53,072 nucleotides of DNA from a virus (Duplodnaviria > Caudoviricetes). Numbering within the stretch: position 1 is the first letter of the stretch; each line of letters opens with the position of its first letter. Shown here piece after piece: positions 1 through 8,815 of the stretch. Made by a program: the position numbers and the translations under genes. Below the pieces are notes generated by a model that saw nothing but the letters and a program-made list of their open reading frames with translations, was not told where the DNA came from and did not search any database. The stretch lies in the IMG/VR virus record IMGVR_UViG_3300020442_004221, positions 1 to 53,072 of that record. One strand, written 5' to 3'.

Positions 1-545
1 ACATCTAATCTTTTAGCAATAACATCTATAAAATTAATTTGATTATTAGTTATTTTAGTAACATTATCAGGGCCAATATCATCTTCTGTTGCGTCCACTA
101 CCTCTTCAGCAGCTAACACCTTACGAAGCCTTAAAGCTCTTCTTAACGCACGACCTTCTGCTCTAGTTTCAGCTACAGCTACAGGATGATTTCTAAAAAC
201 TTTGTCACAATTGCCCCAATATACGTCTGCTGCGCCATTTACAGTCCTGGATTTAGTTTCTGGTGTAATATCTTTACCATTTAAAACATAGCTGAGAGAA
301 TGGACTACAGTAGCTCTTTTCTCATTATCTGGCCTCGGTGATTGCACTACTTCTGAAGTAGAATCTATAATAGCACAATTCATAGCGGTTTCAAATATTC
401 TTCTCAATCCATCTGTAGTAGGATTTCCTTGTATTTTTTCATCATCTGAAAGTAGACCAAGAACATGATCTGTCCAATCTAAGTCAGCAATAGTTGGAAT
501 TTTATTATCGCTTGCAGTTTCTACTTCTGCTTTTTTTCTAGGCAT
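1..545 (-). CDS. Partial ORF (runs off the left edge); possible Rad52/ERF-like single-strand annealing protein
   Basis: Missing from the ORF track. I translated it from the ATG at 545, which overlaps the upstream TAA: MPRKKAEVETASDNKIPTIADLDWTDHVLG...NGAADVYWGNCDKVFRNHPVAVAETRAEGRALRRALRLRKVLAAEE. The AETRAxGRAL helix resembles phage annealase motifs. Confidence 0.45.
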   Translation of the reverse strand, partial: MPRKKAEVETASDNKIPTIADLDWTDHVLGLLSDDEKIQGNPTTDGLRRIFETAMNCAIIDSTSEVVQSPRPDNEKRATVVHSLSYVLNGKDITPETKSRTVNGAADVYWGNCDKVFRNHPVAVAETRAEGRALRRALRLRKVLAAEEVVDATEDDIGPDNVTKITNNQINFIDVIAKRLD

Positions 546-1330
546 TATTTGTCCTCTATTTCTATAATTTTAGAATTTCTACTATTAATATTTTCTAAAA
601 CTTTATGTAGTTTTTCGCAAACTATGATAGCCCTACTTTTAGAAAAATCTTTCGTTTGCTTAATCCTAATAAGTTTATATCCTTTACCAACAATCAATCC
701 AGATTTCTTTTTATCATAAGTTTTGTTTCTTGCTAAAGACTCTTCTCCCCAAACTGGAGCAAAGTGAGATGGTCCATCTACTTCTATAGCTATATTTATT
801 TTAGGCAGGAACAAGTCTATTTGCAAACGGGTGTTCGCTAAGATTTGTTCTTTATGGAAATCCACCTTATACCCTTTAGAAATGAGATCGTCTAAGATAT
901 AGTGTTCCATTTTAGAACCTACTTTGCTACTTTCTCTTACAGCTAAGTTACCTTTAGATGTCATATCTTTTTTATTTTTTTCTGTTCTGTTCTCCCAAAT
1001 CTTTTTAGCCATTCGGCTTTTTTCTTTAATTTTTTTATCATCAGCCTTTTGCCAGTTCTTAAAGACTCCCAGCCCTATTTTTTCCTTTTCTTGATCTGTT
1101 CTCTTTTTGCCCTTTGTTGGGTGTGGATGCAAACCTGAATTTATGGCATTCTTCATTGCTTCTGATCTATTCCTTACAGGTATTTTAAATTTTCTTGCAT
1201 CTCTATCAATTTTTTGACGATAGGTATTTAATTCCTTAGCTATAGCTCCAAAGCTTTTCTTTTCTTTTAAATATTTTGTTTTGATAATGTCAAATTTTTC
1301 AGAATCGCTTAAATCACTATAGTTCTTCAT
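545..1330 (-). CDS. Vsr/DUF559-like endonuclease with a basic N-terminal DNA-binding region (free-standing homing-endonuclease-like)
   Basis: C-terminal IDLFLPKINIAIEVDGPSHF...YDKKK...GYKLIRI motif; N-terminal HTH-like segment and NUMOD3-like KGKKRTDQEKEKIG. Confidence 0.7.
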   Translation of the reverse strand: MKNYSDLSDSEKFDIIKTKYLKEKKSFGAIAKELNTYRQKIDRDARKFKIPVRNRSEAMKNAINSGLHPHPTKGKKRTDQEKEKIGLGVFKNWQKADDKKIKEKSRMAKKIWENRTEKNKKDMTSKGNLAVRESSKVGSKMEHYILDDLISKGYKVDFHKEQILANTRLQIDLFLPKINIAIEVDGPSHFAPVWGEESLARNKTYDKKKSGLIVGKGYKLIRIKQTKDFSKSRAIIVCEKLHKVLENINSRNSKIIEIEDK

Positions 1331-1704
1331 TCTATTGCTTCCTTAATATCATACGCTATGCTAGGCGCATCTTGATCGGCCTTTACATATATTATATCCT
1401 GATAACCTGATAACTCAACAAGAGAGTCTTCTTGTGTCACTATAAAGATGATTTTATGATTATGTTGTATGCTCTTGAGTATTTTCACATCTTCTAAAGT
1501 AAAAGTTATTATATATGATGAATTTTTTACTTGTGGTATATAGCTAGTATGAAAAATATTATTTTCTGACATAAAAATGCCGCAGTAATCTGTAAAAATA
1601 ATCTTCTTGGATATATTCAAAAACTCACAAATAAAATTATAACATTGAATTCTAGATATATCTTGAGTTTCTTCATTTAGTAAATTTTGTTGAAATAAAA
1701 ACAT
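1327..1704 (-). CDS. hypothetical protein
   Basis: 125 aa ORF, translationally coupled to the downstream gene. Confidence 0.55.
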   Translation of the reverse strand: MFLFQQNLLNEETQDISRIQCYNFICEFLNISKKIIFTDYCGIFMSENNIFHTSYIPQVKNSSYIITFTLEDVKILKSIQHNHKIIFIVTQEDSLVELSGYQDIIYVKADQDAPSIAYDIKEAIE

Positions 1705-1714
1705 TTTCTCACAT

Positions 1715-2389
1715 TCATATAGTGTTCATTAATCTTTTGGCTTTTAATAAACTGTCTGGATGGTCTAGATGTACTGAGTTTATATTTGTAAAATATATAT
1801 TTATATCCATATTATGTTTAATCAATATATTAGATATTTCAAATAAGTACATATATTTTTTAACACAAGCGTTGCATATTTGCTTAAATTGCTCTAAGTC
1901 TTTGGAGTGTATATAAAGGAATTCAAAAAGTCTATTATTTAAGTCATAAAAAATAGATTCTATTTGATTTTGGTTTTTTACTATACATCCTATTTTAGAT
2001 TGAAATTTTTTATTATGACTAGATATCATAGCTGTTTTTGATATTTTTAAGTCTTTTATACCCGATATGTTAAATATTAATCCAACATTAAAAATACATA
2101 TACTTTGATTCTTTATGTCTGATATAACTTCTGTTAGCATACCTCCAATATTCATAAATTCATCAAAGCATACATTAATATACTTAACCTTTTTCCTTTT
2201 AGCAAGATCCATATCTGTAAAGTCTCCAATAACTATGATATTGGATCTTGGATAAGCTTTAAAAATATTTTGTATCTGATAATTAATCAAATAATCATTT
2301 TTAAGTTTTATGGATAATTTATTATTAAATTGAGCCCAATATTGATCTGTTTTCGGGGCTAAAATAATAAAACAAGTATTTTGTTTCAT
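1715..2389 (-). CDS. degenerate sugar nucleotidyltransferase-like (NTP_transferase fold) protein
   Basis: N-terminal CFIILA...KLSIKLKNDYLINYQIQNI...NIIVIG resembles NTP-transferase N-termini but lacks the GxGxR motif. Confidence 0.4.
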   Translation of the reverse strand: MKQNTCFIILAPKTDQYWAQFNNKLSIKLKNDYLINYQIQNIFKAYPRSNIIVIGDFTDMDLAKRKKVKYINVCFDEFMNIGGMLTEVISDIKNQSICIFNVGLIFNISGIKDLKISKTAMISSHNKKFQSKIGCIVKNQNQIESIFYDLNNRLFEFLYIHSKDLEQFKQICNACVKKYMYLFEISNILIKHNMDINIYFTNINSVHLDHPDSLLKAKRLMNTI

Positions 2390-2805
2390 GGTTTATTTGC
2401 TACGATATAATATTCTATAATATTACTATACTTCTTTACATTGGTTTCAAAACCTATATCTTCTAGATATTTTAATATATCGGACATATTATGTATAGAT
2501 TGTTTGTCTGGGTACAAGATGTCTTTAATCATTGATGATTCTATCATATTAAAATTTAAAGCAACTCCAAGCTGTTTTAAATCTGTTCCTTGAATATACA
2601 ATTCTCCTTTTGATTTTAATTTTTGGAATATTTTTTCCAGAGCCAAAGGCACATCGATCTTTTTTAAATAATCACACATATTCTGTATAATTATTGTCTC
2701 TATAGATCCGTCATCGTAATTGTCTATATTAGTAATATTTTCGTATATAGAGTTAGATGGAGGAAGTTCTTGATCGGACACATGAAAAAAAATTGATTTA
2801 TCCAT
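2386..2805 (-). CDS. SAM-dependent methyltransferase-like protein (type 11 C-terminal half)
   Basis: DDGSIETI...ALEKIFQKLKSKGELYIQGTDL...LEDIGF pattern. Confidence 0.5.
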   Translation of the reverse strand: MDKSIFFHVSDQELPPSNSIYENITNIDNYDDGSIETIIIQNMCDYLKKIDVPLALEKIFQKLKSKGELYIQGTDLKQLGVALNFNMIESSMIKDILYPDKQSIHNMSDILKYLEDIGFETNVKKYSNIIEYYIVANKP

Positions 2806-3271
2806 AGTATTTAAATATTGTTTTAGAGGTGTTATAAATTAATTCGGACCAGTACTGTTTGTTATTAGTTTCTTCTTCTTTTATGATTTTATGATAGTTG
2901 GTTGTCCATGATTGAGCAATAGTTTCATTCATTGCTACGTTGTATTGTGTCGGAAAATTATATACAGTATTATCATCTTCCCCAGTATCTATGAGGTTTT
3001 GAGGTTTTACGACATGGTCTATTACGATAATAGGTATGTGAAATTGAATAGATATATCTCTACATTTTTTATGATATAAAACCTTATTGTTGCATATAAT
3101 AATATTAGGGGTGTCTTTTGCAAAGTATAAATGATCAAATGTAATAAGATTATGATTTAAAGATTTGATGGTTCTTTCAAAACTTAAACTATCTAAGTGA
3201 GTCCATAGTATATTCAATGTACTTGTTGGTGTGATTAATTCTCTAGATAGTATGCCTGTTACTATATTCAT
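2798..3271 (-). CDS. hypothetical protein, possible glycosyltransferase fragment
   Basis: PNIIICNN...IPIIVIDH resembles a GT-B N-terminal Rossmann segment; lies in the GT cluster. Confidence 0.4.
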   Translation of the reverse strand: MNIVTGILSRELITPTSTLNILWTHLDSLSFERTIKSLNHNLITFDHLYFAKDTPNIIICNNKVLYHKKCRDISIQFHIPIIVIDHVVKPQNLIDTGEDDNTVYNFPTQYNVAMNETIAQSWTTNYHKIIKEEETNNKQYWSELIYNTSKTIFKYYG

Positions 3272-4377
3272 GATAATAATTTATTTCTAAAGTTTTCTTC
3301 ACTAAATAAGGATTTATCAAAATTGTTTAATTTTTTTTGTTTTTCTTTTTCGTTAGTTTCATAAGCTTGTCGCATTTTATGTCTGATGGAGTTTAGATAC
3401 GGCTCTCTCCACATTTCGTGTATAGTATATTCATATTCCATAAAGAAATCTTTACTATATATATTAGTCAACACACTATCAATCTCGAAGCCGTTACTTT
3501 CATTAATATAAGTATTCGGTCCGCTGCCAGCATTAACAATAGTTAAGTTGTCAAACAGCATTGACTCTATTGAACTTGATCCAAAATTTTCACATTTACA
3601 GACATTAACAAAACAGTCCGCTTGAGCATGTAGTCTCATAATATATTCTTGATCATAGTGTCCTACTAAAATACGAGGCTTGATTATAGATGAATGATTA
3701 ATTCTTAAAGCCTTTTCAATTTGTTCTATATCAAATATAACAATTTGTTCAGCTTCATGATTCTGATAGCCTTCTACATGAGTTTTAATTACTAAATTAA
3801 CATCATCATGATTTTTAAATTCTAAGAAAAAAGCAGCTAATAGGGCTTTTATATTATTATGATCTTTATAACTAGCTACATAATAAAACACAAATGTTCC
3901 TTTATCATTCTCAAATATTGGTTCGTATTCTTTTTTTTCAAATTTGGAAAGATCAAAGGGTTCCGGAATACGTTTAATTGGTATGTCACACCCAGCATCT
4001 TCAAGAGATTTTTTAGACCAATCTGAAGATATTACAACAGTATCCATCATATTGATTCTTTCGACCCATCCAGTATGTCCTATATTATATGTATTAATTT
4101 CAGGTATACATATGTTTTCACCAAATTCTTTACGATACTCAAAGCAATTAGCATAACCATGCTGAATAACAGCGTCATACGACCGACTACTATTATCCTC
4201 AAATTCCATGTAATCCTTACCGGACTCATTGCCATAATCTAAATTATTACTAAAATAAATTGGTCTAATGCTAAGGTTTACATCTAAACTATACCCTAGA
4301 GCATCAACATATTTTCTAGCGGTTCGACCTAAACCTGTGTTTTCTTTATATGGACCTATATATAAAATATTCTTCAT
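3268..4377 (-). CDS. GT4-family (GT-B) glycosyltransferase
   Basis: SSDWSKK, FVFYYVA, ADCFVNVCKCENFGSSSIESM (ExFG...E motif). Confidence 0.8.
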   Translation of the reverse strand: MKNILYIGPYKENTGLGRTARKYVDALGYSLDVNLSIRPIYFSNNLDYGNESGKDYMEFEDNSSRSYDAVIQHGYANCFEYRKEFGENICIPEINTYNIGHTGWVERINMMDTVVISSDWSKKSLEDAGCDIPIKRIPEPFDLSKFEKKEYEPIFENDKGTFVFYYVASYKDHNNIKALLAAFFLEFKNHDDVNLVIKTHVEGYQNHEAEQIVIFDIEQIEKALRINHSSIIKPRILVGHYDQEYIMRLHAQADCFVNVCKCENFGSSSIESMLFDNLTIVNAGSGPNTYINESNGFEIDSVLTNIYSKDFFMEYEYTIHEMWREPYLNSIRHKMRQAYETNEKEKQKKLNNFDKSLFSEENFRNKLLS

Positions 4378-4380
4378 TAT

Positions 4381-6000
4381 TTAATACTTTAGAAAATCTC
4401 TATTTGGTAATATTTTGTTATCTTCTAAAAATCTGTGTAAAAATGTTTTATTATTAAACCACATCTCTAGAACCTTTATAGCATCTTCTTTCTTATAGGG
4501 TATGATCTTATCATCGTCTAAAAGATAGCCATTGTCTAGTGCTTTAATTAAACTTTGCACAAAAAAACTATTTTTAAGTTCTGGTTCTTCCAATACTTTA
4601 TCTACTACATTATAGATTAGTTCTCTATTTGTGCCATCTGCTACTGAATTCTTATTAATATTATCAAAGTGTTTAATAGGTATGGGCTTCCAACCCTTAG
4701 AATTGCTTATATCTATACTATCTATAATTTTTTCAAATTCTTTAGCAGTAAAATCCCAAGAATATTTTTGTAAAACTTTATTCCTATATTGCTCTTTGAT
4801 ATTTATCATTTCAATCATATCAGTATTAATCATGTTTTTAATTTCATTGATACAGCTATTGTTATCTGGATGTACCCTGTCCGAAGAATTGTCCCCATCC
4901 CTGTACCACTCTCCAATATCTACTAAATTAGCGTTTAAGTCTTCTCCTAATTCTTTCATAGCTCCGTGATTGACTGTAATTAAAGGTATCCCGCACGAAG
5001 CAGCTTCTAGTGGAGGTATGCCGAAGCCTTCACAGATAGCATATTGTATATATATATCAAATGTATTATATATCATAGCTAATGTTTCTTCGCTGACACC
5101 TCTAGATGAACTAGGCAATACTAATTTGCGCTGCCTACACTTTTGGCATTGATATACTTCTCCTTTCCATGTCATTGGTGCGACATGTCCACAATTTTTA
5201 CAGATATATGTGAATATCACCCTATGGAAAACATCAAATTCCATAAGTAGCTGTGGTATATTCCATCCTTTGGTTTCTGGATAGCTAGTATGTAAATATA
5301 AATATGTATCTGGATACTCTTTCAATACTTCAGACAATATTCTCATCAGCTCCGGTATAAGTTTACGCTTCTGATTTCTCATTACGCTTCCTATAATAAA
5401 AGCATTAGGATTAGCAATACCTAGTTTATTCCTCGCTCCAATTTTATTTATAGGTTTAAATACATCGGTATCAATAGAATCTTTAACAACTCCTGATACA
5501 TTAATATTATATCTATTTTGTATTTCGTTTTTAGCCCAGTGTGTATGGGTTAATAAAGTATCGCAGCTACTTAAAGAATCTAACCACTCAGGTCTAACTG
5601 GAAATGAGTCTATTGTAGGAGCTATTATCCAATGAAAATGATTTCTAAATACCGATGTTCTTTGGTATAAAGACATAAAGACATCCCTGAAGTCTATTAC
5701 TATATCAGGTTTAAAATGACCTACTACTAAATCAAATCGCCATTGACCAAATTGATTTTGTAAGACGCTGTTGTATTTTTGATATCTTTCATCATCAACT
5801 GATACAGCATTAGGATAGACTTTCCAAGGAAATTTATTTTTAGTATCTACAGTTTTATAACAAGATAACTCTGCGATATCATATTTATTGGTATTATATA
5901 ATCTAGTTAGAATAGATTTAGTGTAGTTACCATAACCAGTTGAGAGATCACCGCTTTCTGTACAAAATAAGACTTTCTTTTTCATAATAGATAAGACCAT
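4381..6000 (-). CDS. GT4-family glycosyltransferase with a CxxC...CxxC insertion
   Basis: TGYG, VMRNQKRK, YNTFDIYIQYAICEGFGIPPLEAASCGIP; CKNC...CQKC insert. Confidence 0.85.
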   Translation of the reverse strand: MVLSIMKKKVLFCTESGDLSTGYGNYTKSILTRLYNTNKYDIAELSCYKTVDTKNKFPWKVYPNAVSVDDERYQKYNSVLQNQFGQWRFDLVVGHFKPDIVIDFRDVFMSLYQRTSVFRNHFHWIIAPTIDSFPVRPEWLDSLSSCDTLLTHTHWAKNEIQNRYNINVSGVVKDSIDTDVFKPINKIGARNKLGIANPNAFIIGSVMRNQKRKLIPELMRILSEVLKEYPDTYLYLHTSYPETKGWNIPQLLMEFDVFHRVIFTYICKNCGHVAPMTWKGEVYQCQKCRQRKLVLPSSSRGVSEETLAMIYNTFDIYIQYAICEGFGIPPLEAASCGIPLITVNHGAMKELGEDLNANLVDIGEWYRDGDNSSDRVHPDNNSCINEIKNMINTDMIEMINIKEQYRNKVLQKYSWDFTAKEFEKIIDSIDISNSKGWKPIPIKHFDNINKNSVADGTNRELIYNVVDKVLEEPELKNSFFVQSLIKALDNGYLLDDDKIIPYKKEDAIKVLEMWFNNKTFLHRFLEDNKILPNRDFLKY

Positions 6001-6009
6001 TCACGATAT

Positions 6010-6036
6010 AAAAAGAAGCCCCTTTCGGGGCTTCTC
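6010..6036 (-). terminator. Rho-independent terminator downstream of ssb
   Basis: Minus strand reads AGAAGCCCC-GAAA-GGGGCTTCT followed by a T run: 9-bp stem with a GNRA loop. Confidence 0.85.
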
Positions 6037-6055
6037 GTGCTACACACCCACACTC

Positions 6056-6439
6056 TTAAAACGCAACAGTTTCTTCTGTTGTTTCTGTGGTCTGTTTGGT
6101 TTCGTTTTTTGCAACTTTTTGGATACGAGCAAAATTATTTACACGAATCTTCATAGTTGATCTCTTAACGCCATCCTTCTCCCACGAATCATTCCTTAAA
6201 GATCCTTCGATCATTACTAGATCGCCCTTCCTGAAGGAGGACGCAATAGCTTCTGCTCCAGTATCCCAGGCTTCACAATTAACAAAAGTTGTGACCTTGT
6301 CTCTTGTGCCATTGTTCTTTGTAAACTCTCTAGAAACCGCTACAGTAAAGTTCACTACAGATGTTTCCTTGCCTGCTGAATTAACATTTCTTAATTCTGG
6401 ATCTCTAGCTAGGTTACCTCTCAAAATTACTAAATTCAT
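6056..6439 (-). CDS. ssb: single-stranded DNA-binding protein
   Basis: MNLVILRGNLARDPELR...FVNCEAW...KGDLVMIEGSL; acidic tail ending in F; GAGGAG Shine-Dalgarno. Confidence 0.95.
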   Translation of the reverse strand: MNLVILRGNLARDPELRNVNSAGKETSVVNFTVAVSREFTKNNGTRDKVTTFVNCEAWDTGAEAIASSFRKGDLVMIEGSLRNDSWEKDGVKRSTMKIRVNNFARIQKVAKNETKQTTETTEETVAF

Positions 6440-6483
6440 AATTTCTCCTCAATTTTAAAATTTATAACGAAAACTAACAACTT

Positions 6484-6511
6484 ATTATAATAACTGGCTG
6501 GCTTCAGTCAA
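6484..6511 (-). promoter_or_regulatory. sigma70-type promoter for ssb
   Basis: TTGACT (6511-6506), 16-nt spacer, TATAAT (6489-6484) in an intergenic gap. Confidence 0.75.
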
Positions 6512-6512
6512 G

Positions 6513-8120
6513 CTATACTTGCCAGCATTTCTTCACTATGTACGAATCCTTATTTTTTGACCTTTCGAGCTTAATTAATAGGGTATTATCTTCTATCAGT
6601 AATTCCCTGTATTTCTTATATTCTTCTGGAAATACAACAATATCACAACTGCCAGTAGAATCACCTATTTTTAGAAAAGCCATTTCCTGGCCCGGATTAA
6701 CACCTCTTTTGGTTTTGATAACATTAATTCCATTTATTTCAGCACCTACTACCGGGTGTTTAGAACAGCTATCATTTATTAGGTCTTTGCATTCACTATT
6801 GGCCGAATAAATATCACAGCCATCTATTTTATGACAGGTTAACGACACACCGAGATAGAATTTTTCATTACTAGCCAACCATTCTGGTGTGTCTTCTAAG
6901 TTATAGGAAGGTTTCTTCATAGAGTTTATTACGGAAACTATAACATCTTTTCTCCTAGCTGTAATTTTTTTATTTGGATTATCTAAAAGGTATTCTAGAA
7001 TTTTAATTAGATCTTCTTCTTTATCAAATTCTTCTGCGATTATTTCAATTTCACGATTAGTTAAATTATCTAGAAGTTCATAATAAAATAACATTCTATT
7101 TCTAGAAATGGGAATATGATCAACTGCACCTATAGACATCAAAGCTTTGGCAGCTGTAGAATTAATATTTCTTAAAAGTTTATAATAAATTTGACCAAAA
7201 TTCATACTAGTAATATCTAAATCTGACATTATACCTTGTATCTTTTCGAATACAGAATTACCAACACCTTTGATATTAGTTAGTCCAAAATAAATGAAGT
7301 TATCTTCACCAATAAAAAACTCTTTTGCTGGTTTTTGTAACGAGGGCTTTCTAACTTCTATATCCATTTGATTAGCATTACTAATTAGTTCTTGAATTTC
7401 TTGTAATGGATCTATTTTATCTTTAGCGAACTTTAAATAAGCTACGAAAAAATGTCTAGGAAAGTGAGCTTTTACATAGGCAGATAAATAAGCATTATAA
7501 GCGTAACTTACTGCGTGACTTTTGTTAAAAGAATATCTTTGAGACTTTTCGATCCAACTAAATATCTGTTCAGCCTCATCTTTTGTAATAATTTTGGTTT
7601 CTTGAGATTTTTCCAGAAATAGCTTTTTGATTTTTGCCATTTCTTCTGGTTTCTTTTTACCAATAGCTTTCCTTAGTCTGTCAGCTTCTGTTAAGTCAAA
7701 AGAAGCGATATGTTGACAAATTTGCATCGCTTGTTCTTGGTATACCATTTCGCCGTATGTGTTTTTTAGTATGGGCTCTAAGGCGGGATGAAAAAAATCA
7801 ATTTCTTCTTCTTGATTTTTCTTATCTATGTAGTGATTACTAACTGATTTACCATCTCTATAAGCCTCTAAGCAACCTGGACGCATAATACTAATTAGTG
7901 CAGAGAGTTGTTCTATATTTTCTGGTTTTAGCTTTTTAGACATCATTTGTCCAAGCCTAGACTCTAGCTGGAAACAACCTTTAGTATTACCTTCTGAGAT
8001 TAATCTCCAAGTGCTTCTACAATCTAAATCAACACTTTCTATGTCTATGTTCAGATCTATATGACCATGTTCATCTACATCAAAAGTACAAGAGCAATCT
8101 TTGAAAGAAATATTTTTCAT
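6513..8120 (-). CDS. dnaE: DNA polymerase III alpha, C-terminal part (fingers, HhH, OB fold)
   Basis: TKGCFQLES, IMRPG, TYGEMVYQEQ, RKAIGKK, YSFNKSHAVSY, FGLTNIKGVG, MAFLKIGDSTG. Confidence 0.95.
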   Translation of the reverse strand: MKNISFKDCSCTFDVDEHGHIDLNIDIESVDLDCRSTWRLISEGNTKGCFQLESRLGQMMSKKLKPENIEQLSALISIMRPGCLEAYRDGKSVSNHYIDKKNQEEEIDFFHPALEPILKNTYGEMVYQEQAMQICQHIASFDLTEADRLRKAIGKKKPEEMAKIKKLFLEKSQETKIITKDEAEQIFSWIEKSQRYSFNKSHAVSYAYNAYLSAYVKAHFPRHFFVAYLKFAKDKIDPLQEIQELISNANQMDIEVRKPSLQKPAKEFFIGEDNFIYFGLTNIKGVGNSVFEKIQGIMSDLDITSMNFGQIYYKLLRNINSTAAKALMSIGAVDHIPISRNRMLFYYELLDNLTNREIEIIAEEFDKEEDLIKILEYLLDNPNKKITARRKDVIVSVINSMKKPSYNLEDTPEWLASNEKFYLGVSLTCHKIDGCDIYSANSECKDLINDSCSKHPVVGAEINGINVIKTKRGVNPGQEMAFLKIGDSTGSCDIVVFPEEYKKYRELLIEDNTLLIKLERSKNKDSYIVKKCWQV

Positions 8121-8815
8121 GTTTTAAAAGCGTCCTTGAATTGAATTTTTTGGCTCAAATTTTTATGTAGTCTTAAGAATCTTATAACAATGTTAGCACA
8201 GTCCTCTACGTCTTTAACTGCATCATGAGCATTGTCTTTGCTGATGCCTAGATAATCTCTCATATTGTCTAAGGATAAAGATCTAATATCTGAATTATAA
8301 CTCATCCATAAGAACAGAACATGCATCAGATCAATTTTATCTCTAGGGTGAAATAAACAAGTTTCTTTTTCTCTATTCGTATTACCATATTTTACGCTCA
8401 GTCTGTTTACAATTGTCATATCATATCTTAGGATATTATATCCACAAGCAATTGGGGCCGTAAACTGCGACTTTTTACCTCCATTTGCTTTTAAATGATA
8501 TTTATCTAAATATGATACAAATTGCATCCAAGCTTGTTTTTGCTCCGGATAGTCTTTCCATTCAGATAATACTTGTTCAGCAGAAATAGCTCTTACTTTA
8601 CCATGCCATTCTAGAATGTCTGAATCCGTGTATGGGTTATCAACTTTATTATCTTCTAGTCTTTCTGGCTTCAGATTGATGTTAAAGTGTGATTTATCAA
8701 TTATTTCTAATTTATATGGATCTACAATTACAGCAGATAGTTGCACAGGACTACATTCATTTGGGTTCTTTCCGTCTGTTTCAAAATCGAAAACACATAT
8801 TTTATTACGAATCAT
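8117..8815 (-). CDS. DnaQ-like DEDDh 3'-5' exonuclease
   Basis: ExoI FDFETDG, ExoII GYNILRYD, ExoIII HDAVKD. Confidence 0.9.
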   Translation of the reverse strand: MIRNKICVFDFETDGKNPNECSPVQLSAVIVDPYKLEIIDKSHFNINLKPERLEDNKVDNPYTDSDILEWHGKVRAISAEQVLSEWKDYPEQKQAWMQFVSYLDKYHLKANGGKKSQFTAPIACGYNILRYDMTIVNRLSVKYGNTNREKETCLFHPRDKIDLMHVLFLWMSYNSDIRSLSLDNMRDYLGISKDNAHDAVKDVEDCANIVIRFLRLHKNLSQKIQFKDAFKT

